Below are positions 23,287 through 38,222 of a stretch of 64,000 nt of DNA, in pieces. This stretch comes from Octopus bimaculoides (lineage: Eukaryota), in the NCBI RefSeq assembly GCF_001194135.2, contig NC_068997.1:11343918-11407917 (forward strand). The letters run 5' to 3'. A program made the position numbers and the translations under genes. Within the stretch, counting starts at the first letter, position 1, and the number at the start of each line of letters is the position of its first letter. The notes below the pieces were generated by a model that worked only from the letters and a program-made list of their open reading frames with translations, ran no database searches and was not told the DNA's origin.

Positions 23287-26010
23287 NNNNNNNNNNNNNN
23301 NNNNNNNNNNNNNNNNNNNNNNNNNNNNNNNNNNNNNNNNNNNNNNNNNNNNNNNTATATATACGTTGAGTGGGGAGAAGATGGACGTATGTGTACGTGT
23401 ATATAGTTATATAGAAATACTTATGTATTGCAAATCCTCGCTGAGAATAAAATGATGTACATAGGTAATGTATATGTTATTTGTGTGCAGAGAATTAGTG
23501 GAAATCACCTGACTGCGCCTCGGGAAATACCTACGCGAACTCCTTCATAAATCCGTACGACAATATAACTGTTATATAAAGGATTTATAAATTGCCTATC
23601 TCTGTGGTGCATAACTTAATTTGAACATTTGAGGAATTTTGTTTTTGCATACCGTAAACTAATATATTATTTATGAAACACACCGCGTAAATGCAATAAT
23701 TTACAGAAAAATAGAAATATCTTTTAAAATTGTAAACTCACGTTGTGGATGAAACATGCACTTGATGAACGCACATTAAAAGACAATTCCCTCTACGTAA
23801 GCCGTCACGATATGTTGAATGCAACACCGGGGTGCCCTATCATGGCTTCATTCTCTAATCTACATCACAGAGAATTCAGTTCCGATAACACATTCATAAA
23901 TTAGAATTAAAACCAATTTTGCGTTCTTGTTTAAACCAACACCAATCATTGTAACATTTAAATTTATTTCAAATTTTTCTGAATTATGAAATGTTAATCA
24001 TAAAATAATTAATGCTTAATTAATGACTCACGGTCATAACCACAATTATGCAAATTAAGGTTTTCGCCATAGTGCAAACAAAATTTATGGATGCTTTGTG
24101 TTTCAAATAAATTATCTCAGCCGTTTTTTTTTTTGGTGGGGGGGGGCTTATGTCTTTTACATGACTTTAAACTATGACCCGTACCTACAAGTTTGGAATA
24201 ATTTCTGATCCACTCTTTTTCCACAGGTTTACACTGGCCCAGCGTAACTGCCATTCAGGACCCCAGCAGTTGGTTAATTGGGATCTGAACTGAGATCAGT
24301 GGTGTATATGGAAATAAACATCATTGGAACAACTGTCGGGTGCACCTCAACCCCAGATAAGGACTAGCACCCGGTAACCACCTGAGCCATAGTTATGTGG
24401 GGTTATATGTCATGTGTAAGGCAGATACCCGCTCTTTTATCTGCTTCGCTTGATGTTTCTAGATTTTCTAGGAATGACACCAGAATGGCAGAAGTATAAA
24501 GACATAAAGCAGCGAAAGCATTAAAATGAATTATCTCCAGCAAATGTTATAAATGCATCAATCATTGTACTAACACCATAATCTTTAATGTATGCATGCG
24601 GAAGAATCCTGTATTCCTGGAAATATGCAATCGAAATTTAAATTTGTTTTAACTTTATTCGTTAGTCCTTTAACTGTGTAATTAAAGATAGAATTCGAAG
24701 GATACGTTGGCTTTGAATGTATAACGTTCGATCTAACGGGTGAAGCATTAACCGCATAGAGCAAACGATACAAAGAGATTTCTGAATGAGTATAGAAAAC
24801 ACGACATTTTATTTTCTGGACTGAAGGATACAGTTTGTTCTACATATTATTATGTATTCATATATGAGAGGCAACTTACTTTCTCGACGGAGCAATTTAC
24901 GTTATCTTCAATATGTCAATAAACAGTCAATGCAAAAGAAAAGATATGCCAATAACCAAACTTCTGAAACTGTTTTTATTCTTATGTTTTCACAGTCAAT
25001 ACCCCAAGTTCACTTGATATCCAAACTTGTTTCTTATCAAAGTTAATTATAATCGTTCGAGATTTGAAAAGAAACAAAAAAGGAATTTTCATTACGAAAA
25101 TGTCGTCAAAATAACGTATATCGCCCCTAGGTATTATGATGAAATCATGAATTACGATAAGATTAGAAAACCACTGCACGCAGGATAGCAAATTGCCGCT
25201 GGTGAAAACAAAAGTGAAATATTTTTTGGAGTATTTTTCCTTTATAAAAATTGATAAATCGGGATAAAATAAATACATGCAAATGTTTCCTTTTGATCAA
25301 TGCTAATTTTGACAGGATCGATTATTTCTTCAAAGTGTCTAACACTAAGCTGAAAAGAAAAGAAATAAGCTGGTATGCTTTATGAAAGTTATCATATGCC
25401 TAAAATTAAAGAACAAGTTTGAAGTGCATGTCTCCCGTTTTCCTTTAGAAATATGCTATTTCGCTGCATTGAACATGACATTTCATATCAAAGCACAATA
25501 TACAGCCTCAGAATTTGCTGTTGAAAGGATGCAAAAATTATAAAAATCAGAAGGAACTGTTAACTATGCATTGTGTCATATTTGGTGTTATAACAGGTTC
25601 CAGCATAGGAACGAAGTTTGTAATTTGAAGAACGAAAGCAGTCAGCGGTATTGGCTTACTGTTTGATTGATACTATATTTTATTAGGCCCACGAAAATAT
25701 TTGGAAAGCATAATCGCAGTAAGAATGGAACTTAAAACCTGAATAACAGGGACAAATCGTCTCGAATACTTTTGTGTGATGCACTAGCGTCTCTGTCGAT
25801 TCGCCACCTAGTTTTATGATAAACAAAAGTCCTTAACATAAAACATATATACAGTGTTTCTATCTATGACCATTGGTTTATCTCTCCATTCTATTCCTGC
25901 ATCCAATTTCAAATTATTACTCCATGTATATATATATATTAACATAGAGGGAGAATTTTAAATTGGATACATATATATATGAATGAATATATATATATAT
26001 ATGCATAACG

Positions 26011-26045
<35 letters not shown>

Positions 26046-28056
26046 GAATATATGCACACACACATANNNNNNNNNNNNNNNNNNNNNNNNNNNNNNNNNN
26101 NNNNNNNNNNNNNNNNNNNNNNNNNNNNNNNNNNNNNNNNNNNNNNNNNNNNNNNNNNNNNNNNNNNNNNNNNNNNNNNNNNNNNNNNNNNNNNNNNNNN
26201 NNNNNNNNNNNNNNNNNNNNNNNNNNNNNNNNNNNNNNNNNNNNNNNNNNNNNNNNNNNNNNNNNNNNNNNNNNNNNNNNNNNNNNNNNNNNNNNNNNNN
26301 NNNNNNNNNNNNNNNNNNNNNNNNNNNNNNNNNNNNNNNNNNNNNNNNNNNNNNNNNNNNNNNNNNNNNNNNNNNNNNNNNNNNNNNNNNNNNNNNNNNN
26401 NNNNNNNNNNNNNNNNNNNNNNNNNNNNNNNNNNNNNNNNNNNNNNNNNNNNNNNNNNNNNNNNNNNNNNNNNNNNNNNNNNNNNNNNNNNNNNNNNNNN
26501 NNNNNNNNNNNNNNNNNNNNNNNNNNNNNNNNNNNNNNNNNNNNNNNNNNNNNNNNNNNNNNNNNNNNNNNNNNNNNNNNNNNNNNNNNNNNNNNNNNNN
26601 NNNNNNNNNNNNNNNNNNNNNNNNNNNNNNNNNNNNNNNNNNNNNNNNNNNNNNNNNNNNNNNNNNNNNNNNNNNNNNNNNNNNNNNNNNNNNNNNNNNN
26701 NNNNNNNNNNNNNNNNNNNNNNNNNNNNNNNNNNNNNNNNNNNNNNNNNNNNNNNNNNNNNNNNNNNNNNNNNNNNNNNNNNNNNNNNNNNNNNNNNNNN
26801 NNNNNNNNNNNNNNNNNNNNNNNNNNNNNNNNNNNNNNNNNNNNNNNNNNNNNNNNNNNNNNNNNNNNNNNNNNNNNNNNNNNNNNTATATATATATATT
26901 AACATAGAGGGAGAATTTTAAATTGGATACATATATATATGAAAACATTCTAAGTATACATTTAAATTGTACCGAACAATAATTTAGCAGAAATTGATTG
27001 TATGTCAGAAGAACACAGAAGTAATTCTATTTTTACTTTTTAATGTTCATTCCGTAATGTTCTTTAAAATTGCTTCCATGCATTTCCTGCTATTTTAGTT
27101 AAATCCGTTTGAGAAATATCAAAATTATATGTTTTCAACTATATCATCCACAAGGAGAGACAATTTGCTGTTTCGAAATCATTTTCATTGAAAATATTAA
27201 GTATCTGGAACATAGTTTTAACTGCAACGTATTTCTTCTTCATTTTTCTTACGAGCACGAAGACGTCTCGAACATTCAAAAACGGTTATTTATTGATTTA
27301 CGGTAATTATTTTATTCGGTGCGGGATAAAACTTTAACTAATTTAAGTACGTGACAAGACATTTTTCATAAACATTTAGTTGCTATTACACTGATTGATG
27401 TACGACAGGTGTTATTTTCTACTAGCCCCTTAGTATTGTTCAAAACTATGTACATTAACCGAAGCCTGGAGCGCACTGCAGCACGTTAATGCTTTAATTG
27501 ACATAATAAATTGACCGGAAATCTCTTTCTACATGCAATATTTAAAACATGAAAGGAAGTTTTAAAAGTGTCACAATATGTGGAATATTAAAATTGTTAA
27601 TAACAAAATGTTAATGCTTAGAAAATATATTCTGTAAGAAAAGTAATAATGGTGTATCTCAATTTACGTATTTTGTGGTTGTAGAGGCCCAGGTTAATCA
27701 TACAGGTCATAATTATTATGACAATCTTGCAAAACGTTTCATCCTGTACTTTTCTAGATGAGGGACTTTCACTGTTCCTCTTATATGAGCGAGAAAATGT
27801 AAACTGGGGCAAATTCGACAGTTATGTCTGCAATACCTTATGGCCGCATAGATTCGCCGTCTTTGGCGAATTATCGCATGATGTATTTATTTATTTATTT
27901 ATCTATTCATTCATAAAGTACAATATTGGTCACATTTTGTTTCCGTTGCAGGGGAACAGGTACAGCAGATACATCTGATACAATTACCATCCAATATATT
28001 TTAATTTAGTTACAACATTTGCTTTCAAAATATTTCCAGAACATTCATAAACGAAT

Positions 28057-28385
28057 AGGCCCAAACGTGGCTACGTAGTAAGGAACTGGTTTATAGACCA
28101 CATGATTGCTGGTTCATTCCAACTGTATCGCACCTTGGGTAAATGTTTCTACCATAGACTCGGTCGACCAGAGCCTGCTGCATGAATTTGGTAGACTTAA
28201 AATCTATTATACATCATGTGTGCATGCGTGTACCCGCGTGTGTTTTGTTTTTGCGTTTGTCCCTTACCACCGACTATCAACTGGTCTTTGCGTGCTTTAC
28301 GTCCCCGTAAAGTACAGTTCGGCAAAGAATCCGACAGAATAAATACTGAACCTTAAAAGAAGAGCTGGAATGGATTCATTCGAGT
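28057..28385 (+). mobile_element. SINE family A, old near full-length copy
   Basis: tRNA-like head (GTGGCTACGTAGTAAG...GGTTCATTCCAACTG..GCACCTTGGGTAAATG..CTACCATAG.CTCGGTCGACCA), internal (TG)-rich tract, then GTTCGGCAAAGAATCCGACAGAATAAATAC. Confidence 0.75.
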
Positions 28386-28413
28386 AAATATGTATAGACG
28401 CATAATCATCTAT

Positions 28414-28452
<39 letters not shown>

Positions 28453-28595
28453 NNNNNNNNNNNNNNNNNNNNNNNNNNNNNNNNNNNNNNNNNNNNNNNN
28501 NNNNNNNNNNNNNNNNNNNNNNNNNNNNNNNNNNNNNNNNNNNNNNNNNNNNNNNNNNNNNNNNNNNNNNNNNNNNNNNNNNNNNNNNNNNTATG

Positions 28596-28637
<42 letters not shown>

Positions 28638-29189
28638 TATATACATCATGGATGGATGGGTGGATGGACGGATAGTTACTATATAAAATGCAGACTATGG
28701 GGAGAAATTGCTTACAATGAGGGGAACGAATATTACTTTCTAAAATCAGTGCGATTACTAGTCTTCTATTTCTCCACAGTCAAGTTCGGCTACTTATCTG
28801 TAAATGTAAATAATATCTTTGTGAGTGCTGCGTATGAATATATTTGAGAAAACATAACTTCCTTGAGTTATGGCGTTATTGTTCTCCATATATTTTTCTT
28901 AAAAGCAGAATGAATAAAAAATATTTACAGGAATGGGTCTAAGAAAATAAAGAAATGTCAGTATATATCTATTGGCTAGTTATATTTCTACATTTTCTTT
29001 CATAATGCATTGATACAACGAAAATCCCAAATCGTTGGCAGTGGAAATGACAAAACTAAAAAAAAAAAGAACTTGCCTTATATGAATCCGGTTCTCCCAT
29101 ATTTCAATGCTTAATAATTCCATTGGCATTCTATTATCAGATTTATTGAAATCAATAAACTGTTTATTAGTATCTTCAATCATTTATCT

Positions 29190-29240
29190 ATAACTTGTTT
29201 CAGTCATTAGACTGTGACCATGCTGGAGCACTTGGCTCTT
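29190..29240 (-). mobile_element. SINE family A tail fragment
   Basis: ACTTGTTTCAGTCATTAGACTGTGACCATGCTGGAGCAC matches the start of the 47310 copy. Confidence 0.7.
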
Positions 29241-29357
29241 ATTATTAAAACTCGTTATATACGTGTTGAGTGCGTGTGTGTTTGTGTGTGTACGTGTGTG
29301 TACTTGTGTGTATATGTGTGTGTATAAATGTATACGTATGTGTGCATGTGTATATGT

Positions 29358-29454
<97 letters not shown>

Positions 29455-30437
29455 TATATATATATGGGGTGTTGTTTTATAGCGCGAAGAAGCAGGTAAG
29501 ATACAAGTTGTTTCAACATGAATTATGCTGCCCTGGTTATGATTGCTATCAATAAATCTAAAGGTTAAGATGATCATTTAACCAATTTATCTCACATTCT
29601 CCTTTGTAAATATTCTTTTCAGCACGAACTGTGCAGGTGTTTACATAAATAAGTAGTATATCATATTTTCGTTACTGAAAACTTCGATAGTATACGTTAT
29701 AAATATTTATGTAGGTTTAACAAAATATAAGTATAGATATGCATAAAACTTCAGTCGCTTGAAGTATGGATTGACAAAAGTTGTAGAATAGGAGCGTAGA
29801 AACAGTTTGGTAAGAAATAATTATATCAATGTGCTTTAGGAATTTTAACAGAATAATTATTTCAGACTACTTTATAAAATTTGTTCACCATTTTGTTTAT
29901 AATTAAAGCTGGAATTTTAGATGACAAAGATGAAAAAAAATTAGGGCATACATTTTATCTGTAAGACAACCATTATCTTCTAAATTCGATAAATGAAACA
30001 TTTCCACCATTTATTCGATCTACAAACAAAACTACAGCGAGGCCGGTTTGGGGCAAAGGAATGTTTTCACTGTTCAAATTGCAATTTTTTTTCTCTAGCC
30101 AACGATCCTTCATATTTTGTATGTTTCTCGCTACAAAACTTACGACGCCAAACATTGTCACTTGACATTAACATACGGATGTAGCGGGGAAGCTCCAAAA
30201 ATTCTAAGAGCAGTCATGTAACTATCCTCTACCAATCAACTCTTAACCAAAACCTATACAAATTTGAACCAAGTACGTCCTATGAAAATAGAACAAGCTT
30301 CAAACACTAGTCAGAAGCAAGGTATTTCTATCTGATCTGTTGAAAATCAGTGTAAACTATTAAACCAGTTAAACCTTTAAATATAATTTTAAAAATTAAG
30401 TATTCTCAGTCCGTATTCAACTTCCATTCAATATATC

Positions 30438-30478
<41 letters not shown>

Positions 30479-30869
30479 NNNNNNNNNNNNNNNNNNNNNN
30501 NNNNNNNNNNNNNNNNNNNNNNNNNNNNNNNNNNNNNNNNNNNNNNNNNNNNNNNNNNNNNNNNNNNNNNNNNNNNNNNNNNNNNNNNNNNNNNNNNNNN
30601 NNNNNNNNNNNNNNNNNNNNNNNNNNNNNNNNNNNNNNNNNNNNNNNNNNNNNNNNNNNNNNNNNNNNNNNNNNNNNNNNNNNNNNNNNNNNNNNNNNNN
30701 NNNNNNNNNNNNNNNNNNNNNNNNNNNNNNNNNNNNNNNNNNNNNNNNNNNNNNNNNNNNNNNNNNNNNNNNNNNNNNNNNNNNNNNNNNNNNNNNNNNN
30801 NNNNNNNNNNNNNNNNNNNNNNNNNNNNNNATATATATACACATACATATACATATATACTGAGACTCA

Positions 30870-31550
30870 GATACCATATTTGTTAGGAACTATGAGAGAA
30901 TTTAAGCATTCCAACAAAATGCGGGCAAGTACCTTTCCAACCACAGACAGAAGCGAAATCCCACGAGAATTACCACACAGATCCTGTCTCTCCGATTTAT
31001 ACAAGGATACTAAAATGGCATCACTTCTGTCTTGAGGCACTTCCTCATTTGTCCAAAAGTGATAAAATCAATATATTTTAGAGTTCAAACATTTTGTCAC
31101 ACTAATATTTAAAGACTTCTGCATAGATTCCATCAGACCCTGGATACTTATTCACCTTATTCACAGCTAGACAAATGTCATTTAGAGTCGGTTCAATGCC
31201 ATTTCTTGAAGAATCCCATGATTTATGACTAAGTGCATAAATTATGCTTGCCTTTTGCTGGGCTCAAATCTCATATGGGAACCCATAGCAAACGAAGCTC
31301 CATCAACTATTCTGTCTGTCTGCGCACACATTTCAATGACATGTGTGCCAGAAGGTTTGCAAATCTAACAGAGGACCCAAAATACATTTTAAGATCCACA
31401 AAGACCGCAAATTTTTTGCAGCTCTTTGAGGTCCAAATCGGAAGCGTAATGTATGTGGTTGTGTTTTCAAAACATTGTTTGGTTTAAAAATATGTATCCG
31501 ATGCCATGACGGTTCTAAGGTGTAGGTACAGAAGGTAGTCAAACTCTGCA
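30870..31550 (-). mobile_element. RTE-clade LINE fragment (linker and start of the RT region)
   Basis: Minus-strand translation with stops and shifts: EPTLNDICLAVNKVNKYPGSDGIYAEVFK...FWTNEEVPQDRSDAILVSLYKSERQDLCGNSRGISLLSVVGKVLARILLECL, matching the KSPGxDGIxAE and CGNYRGISLLSxxGKxxARIL motifs that precede the RT domain of RTE elements. Confidence 0.9.
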
Positions 31551-31575
31551 TAAGGAGTAGACAACCACCATAAGT

Positions 31576-31629
<54 letters not shown>

Positions 31630-31644
31630 AATCCAATATCATTT

Positions 31645-31775
31645 TTCTTGTAAGCACAAGACCTGAAATTTGGGGGATAGACTTCTCAATTACATCAATT
31701 TAACTAGTACTTCATTTATCGACCACAGGGAAACATGGAAGGCAAATTGGTGAACTTGGGCAGAGTTTACCCTGT
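31645..31775 (-). mobile_element. SINE family B fragment
   Basis: GCACAAGACCTGAAATTTGGGGG...ATTACATC...AGTACTTCATTTATCGACC...GAAGGCAAA is the reverse complement of the tail and core at 51060-51180. Confidence 0.7.
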
Positions 31776-32616
31776 GAACACAATGTCGGTAAAAATGTCG
31801 CTAAGGATTTTTTTCCAATGCAGTAACGTTTCTGCCAGCTCACCGCCTTATTTATATATCGAATATCGAAAATGTTTTGTATAGCAGATGTTCTTAGATC
31901 TTCCAAGGAAAAAAATTGGGGAATATATTTAGAATTAGCTCATAGCATACTTTTTCTTGATACTACAAGCGGAAATGTATCGGATGTCCATGCCAAATAA
32001 TTGAGATTGGTTTTCTTATTTTATTTTGTGGTAAATTTTTATTGGCATACATAAATCCATATATTTATGACCGGATATGTAACAACGTAAATCCGGCTAG
32101 AATACATAAAACTACATAATTTAACTTTGAAGATTGATCAATACTAAACCACTTAAATGTTACAAACTCTAGCATTATTAGGATTCCTCTGCTCTTAATG
32201 CCACATTGAAGAAGCAATCAATTCAGAGAGATATAAATGAAAAGGTAATTGAAACGGAAGCTGAAACTAAAGAATCAATTAAAAGAATGTCAAACACAAC
32301 TTGCATGAAACGTAACATGAATTTAAGTATTACTGTAATAATTCTCTTCATTTACATATTATAACCTTTTACCATAAACTTATGCACTTAGTCGTAAATC
32401 ATGGGATTCTCCAACTCAATATAATTTATAAATACTCAATATCAATTTTGCTCGACTTACGTTTTATTTATATTTTCTTTTCGTCATATATATTAGATGT
32501 ATAAATATGAATTTATAAATGTGTTGGGTCTTGTAACTCTATAAAATAAACATATCATACGTACATGTATATGCATGCCACTGTATACACACACATATAT
32601 ATGTATACAAACACAC

Positions 32617-32647
<31 letters not shown>

Positions 32648-33210
32648 CAGAGAGAGAGAGAGAGAGAGAGAAACAGAGAGAGAAAGACAGAGCGAGAGAG
32701 AAGAAAAATATGTATGTGTATTTGTTTATTCTTACAATATTATTTGTCTAATTGCTTATGCCTCATCCAATGAAATATTCCTATATTCTGAGATTTGTGG
32801 TTACTTTGACTACATGCTTCTCTGGCTAAGAAACTTGAGATGAAATATTTCATTAGAAATCTGATACGTGGCTTTATTAATTAATTTCGCAGAAAGTAAA
32901 ATAAGCGAGAATGCCATAATGATAAATAGACTAAATTACTTAATGATAAACCCATGTCCCATGGGAATACATAAAATGAAATAGCCTGTTCTGATAAAAT
33001 AAATAGTGATTGTTGTCAAGTTAATTAATAGTCGTTCCTAAAAAAATCAAATTTGCACACTGATTCCTCTTCTCTGATTATTCTTTAGTAAAAACACAAC
33101 TTTTCAATATGTCGAAATGCATATGGTTATTTCTTAGCCAACCTCTCTCTCTCCATCTGTCACACACACATTCTGTGAGTCCATCTCTCTATCCTACTAT
33201 TTTGTTCCTA

Positions 33211-33327
<117 letters not shown>

Positions 33328-33607
33328 AATATGCAGTAATTAAACAAACGAACATATACTAAATACACAGGCGAACAGAAAACACAGAAGGTCATCAAGT
33401 TCACATCACTTATCGGCCAGAGGGTCAAACACAATTTCGGCCATTATCGATAATATTGCTTCCGCTCTAGAGGCACCGGCAAGAAACTTGCCGAGAATGG
33501 GACTAAAACATAGTTAAACGAGACGGGCGCGAGACGAGACCTTTAGTGGATGGACGAGGGATAAAACAATAAACAGAATAAAGGCTTAGAGCCACAATAA
33601 AACAATT

Positions 33608-33731
<124 letters not shown>

Positions 33732-36700
33732 ATTTACAACAAGAAACCTGCGGGACGACAAGACAGACAAAAGTGGGTTACACAAATGAGAAATGAAAAC
33801 CGTCCTAAGGGACTATATACACGAAAGGGGTAGAGCAAGGAGCACATAGAATCATAAACGGTCCAGTCGAAGGCAACACGAAAAAGAATGGTATTACCTT
33901 AGGTCTTCACGGCTCATGTGATAGTGGGAGGAGAGAGGAAGAGTCAGAGGGATTAGAGAACCAGAGGAAGGTAACAGGGAGGGAATGAGAGAAAGACAGA
34001 GTGACAGAGAAAGAATGTAAATTAAAAGAGAAGCAAAGCAAAGGAAAGAGACAGAGTGACACAAAAATATTANNNNNNNNNNNNNNNNNNNNNNNNNNNN
34101 NNNNNNNNNNNNNNNNNNNNNNNNNNNNNNNNNNNNNNNNNNNNNNNNNNNNNNNNNNNNNNNNNNNNNNNNNNNNNNNNNNNNNNNNNNNNNNNNNNNN
34201 NNNNNNNNNNNNNNNNNNNNNNNNNNNNNNNNNNNNNNNNNNNNNNNNNNNNNNNNNNNNNNNNNNNNNNNNNNNNNNNNNNNNNNNNNNNNNNNNNNNN
34301 NNNNNNNNNNNNNNNNNNNNNNNNNNNNNNNNNNNNNNNNNNNNNNNNNNNNNNNNNNNNNNNNNNNNNNNNNNNNNNNNNNNNNNNNNNNNNNNNNNNN
34401 NNNNNNNNNNNNNNNNNNNNNNNNNNNNNNNNNNNNNNNNNNNNNNNNNNNNNNNNNNNNNNNNNNNNNNNNNNNNNNNNNNNNNNNNNNNNNNNNNNNN
34501 NNNNNNNNNNNNNNNNNNNNNNNNNNNNNNNNNNNNNNNNNNNNNNNNNNNNNNNNNNNNNNNNNNNNNNNNNNNNNNNNNNNNNNNNNNNNNNNNNNNN
34601 NNNNNNNNNNNNNNAAGCGTCGTGAATTTACAATTTATAAGAAGTGAAGATGTTTTAAAATTAGTAAAAATCTAATCTAATGAATAAAACTAATGAAAAT
34701 GCCTAATTACAGTATACAGAATCTCTTTGGAAGCGACACATCACTTCTAGATTTACAAGGGTTGATGCACACGTCATAATTTTCTTATTTTGCTGTTTTT
34801 CTGTTACTCTCTTTTAATATAAAATGCAAAGCTGATCTTAAGCCATTAATTTTCATGAATGTATTTCATTATGTTTTATGTGGGACAGGATTAAGGACAT
34901 TCTGAATTTTGTGATGTTAGTGATAAAAGTTAAAGCCTTAATGTGTTCAAATATCGATCAACAAAGACTCACATCCCTTATAAGTAGTGAGAAATTTTAA
35001 CAGCAAGAAAATAGTTCATGTCTGAATTTACATGTGGTAATTTAGTATTTGCATTGAACTTTTGTGCTTAGATTATTGTTGTGCTAGAGCGAAACTGAGC
35101 ATTTATAGCACCATCACAGTCATGGAATTCCTAATGAAACGTAAGGGAAGAGGGGAAAAAATAAAGAAACAAAATAGTTTAGTTCGCTTTGAAAAATAAC
35201 AGGATCAGGATATTTACAAACAGAAATTATAGGAGCCGTTATAGCGTTGTGATAGATATTCATGTTATTCTTCTAATCATGAAATCCAACATGTGATAAC
35301 AATTTCAGTAACGCTCCACTGGACAGCCTATCAAGCACTTTTATCAAACCTTTGGGGACTATGTTGAGTTGATTATGTAAAAAATCTTATGGGTTGTCAC
35401 GCATCCTGTATAAAGCAACCACCGGGATTAAGGATGTAATGTATGAACTACAGGTGTCTTCATTCTCTTTATAATCAGGTGAGTAAAGATATTTACAAGA
35501 GCTGTCGTGAGTATGGTTCTATTGTAATTGTGATAATATTATAGAGATGAACAATGGAAGACCCTTTCTTTAGAATTTAACAATTTCACATCTAAATGTT
35601 AGTAAAAGGTTCAACAACCACGAAAATTGCAAAACTATGATGGTATTCTGCATTGTCCATCTTCCACATTAATAGATATGCTTTTAACGTCATTTTAAAT
35701 CTCATCTACCACAACTGAGTATGAATCCAATCCCTCAAGTATAATTCCCTGTGTGACTTGTGATATAGTAGACCAGCTTAAACTGCGCTTCACCATCACC
35801 ATTGTATTCACACACTTTTCTAAACATTTTTAAAAACATCAGAGTGTATAAAGTTCATGAAAGACATGTTCAGTTATTTTAGCATATTTGCCATGGAGGT
35901 TAGTGTTTCGGAGTGTAATGAAAGCCAAATTTATTACATGGCACATGAATGTCGAAGTATCTGGTTGCAGTTCTACACAAGGTTATGATTGTTACTGTAT
36001 TTCTGGTTCACTAGCTATAATGTAATTAATTATGTAACAACATTGTTACCTAGTTTGACGTGCTTATTATTTTTTTAATGTTATAGGGTTAGAGTTTGAC
36101 GAACAGAAACCCACAACAATGAAGAAGCTATAGCAATCAGTTTGACTTCATTTTGTCAACACCATGCTGATCGCGTAACTTATACTACACTTCATGTTCC
36201 TACTCTAAGTACTATGTTACTCTTGTATGGTAACATACAGAGTGTTTCTCTCAGATCAGCTTATTCATTTTCTCTCATAGTAGTTTCTTCTTTTAAGGCG
36301 ATATGCATGCACAAGTATAATTTAGTTCCTGCTGGAATCGAACCATAGTACAACATACCACACACCACAAATTAAACACTTACACCATTTAGTAAGCGTT
36401 TCAGGAGCTTTGCAATTTTAGATCTAATAGCACTACATACTGCATTTTGAGGATATACATTCCTCATATTTACCATACAGCAATATTTCAAATCCCCGTA
36501 AACCACTTCAAAGGTATTTTAGTGCACTTTGTCACAACTGCTCGTTCACTTGCGATATATATTTGTTTTTATTTCATTTTCGAAAAGACAGAAAAATTGC
36601 TATTAATGAAAACCATTTTGCGCGTGAAATTTAGCAAGTCAAACCAAAATTATATTTTCAAATTCAGATCGATATCCTATAACTTTCCATTCCATTATCA

Positions 36701-36753
36701 AATTATAAAGAGAAGACATACTCACACACATATACCAGCACTCATATACATAC

Positions 36754-36822
<69 letters not shown>

Positions 36823-37634
36823 AACACACACAAAAAGATACACATGTATATATGTAGTTGAATCAATAATGCCAGTAATATTTTAAATAGTCACACACAC
36901 ACCTGCTTTTATTAATCTTACATAGTTTCATAACATCAAATATAACCATTTATCCTCGCCTTCTATCCCCCCCTACCCAAGTGTCGTGGGCTACAATCCT
37001 CAAAAAGTCTCCTGTATAAGATCGAATCAGAAGCAATCATCAAGCGATTTTCTTGTTGGTTTCCCAAACGTCACATCCTGGGACTACGAATATAATAATC
37101 CAACTATCTCGTTCTTGGTCAAAATCTCAGTCTCCTGCCAAATTGTTCAGATAGAAGAGTTTGTCTTGCAATTCGTTCTCGCAATATTTCAATCACATTG
37201 TGATCTCACAATGCAGAAATGTTATTGGATAACTCAAAGAGAATCACCGAGCTTCGTATATTGTCGTGTAACATTACTCCAAAGATCCATTTCGGTCGCT
37301 GGTATTTGCTATCGTATTCTACTATTCATTATCCACCATTCTTGACCATAGGCGAGCACACGCACGAAAACCAAACAGAAAATAGCGAGTTCGTGTTCTC
37401 CTTATCTTTTTTACTATTTTTTTTTTTCATTTGAAAATTGAATGTTGGATGTGATGCATTGCTGTTACAACAAGTGCAATTCTAGCTCTGAAGTCACCCT
37501 CCTGCATCAAATCACAGGTGAATACAACTTAATGATTTCCATTTTTTTCTAAACTACAACGGACTCTGTATGGCGTTTATGTATGTATGTATATATGTAC
37601 GTAAGTATCTATGCATGTATGTACATACGTAAAA

Positions 37635-37677
<43 letters not shown>

Positions 37678-38182
37678 NNNNNNNNNNATATATATATATA
37701 TACGCACGCATACACACACACGCACACACACATATATATATATATTTATTTATACACACATATATTAGGCATACTAAAAAATAAGGAAAGAAATACAGTT
37801 TAAGGAGAACCAACTAAAAGAATTATCTAAATATGTCGAAGGAGAAAGGAAAAAGTAAAAGAAAACGAAGATAAGACACAGAATATAAAGAGTAGTACAA
37901 ATATAAATAATATAATTTGAGAAACAAGAATAAGTAATAATAAAAAAATACGGAGAAATATTTTTGAGTAATACATATATGTGCCTTCCGTTTGGTGAGC
38001 AGCAGCATGAAGGCAATACATTAAGTGTTTCTTGTTGCCATTGAGATAATACAGAGTTTATGAGAAGACATGAAGAGATTCAACAATATCTACACGGCAG
38101 TGACCAGCAGAGACTTAAATGACCATGCGGGATAGCTGTGCCACAAAAGGTCACTGAAAAATGATAAAACTATAGATTCATT

Positions 38183-38222
<40 letters not shown>

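Noticed and set aside
25927-26943. Identical 57-bp sequence on both sides of a gap (25927-25983 and 26887-26943)
   Set aside because: Perfect identity at a contig end is most simply a scaffolding overlap or haplotype artefact; it cannot be called a biological repeat without reads.
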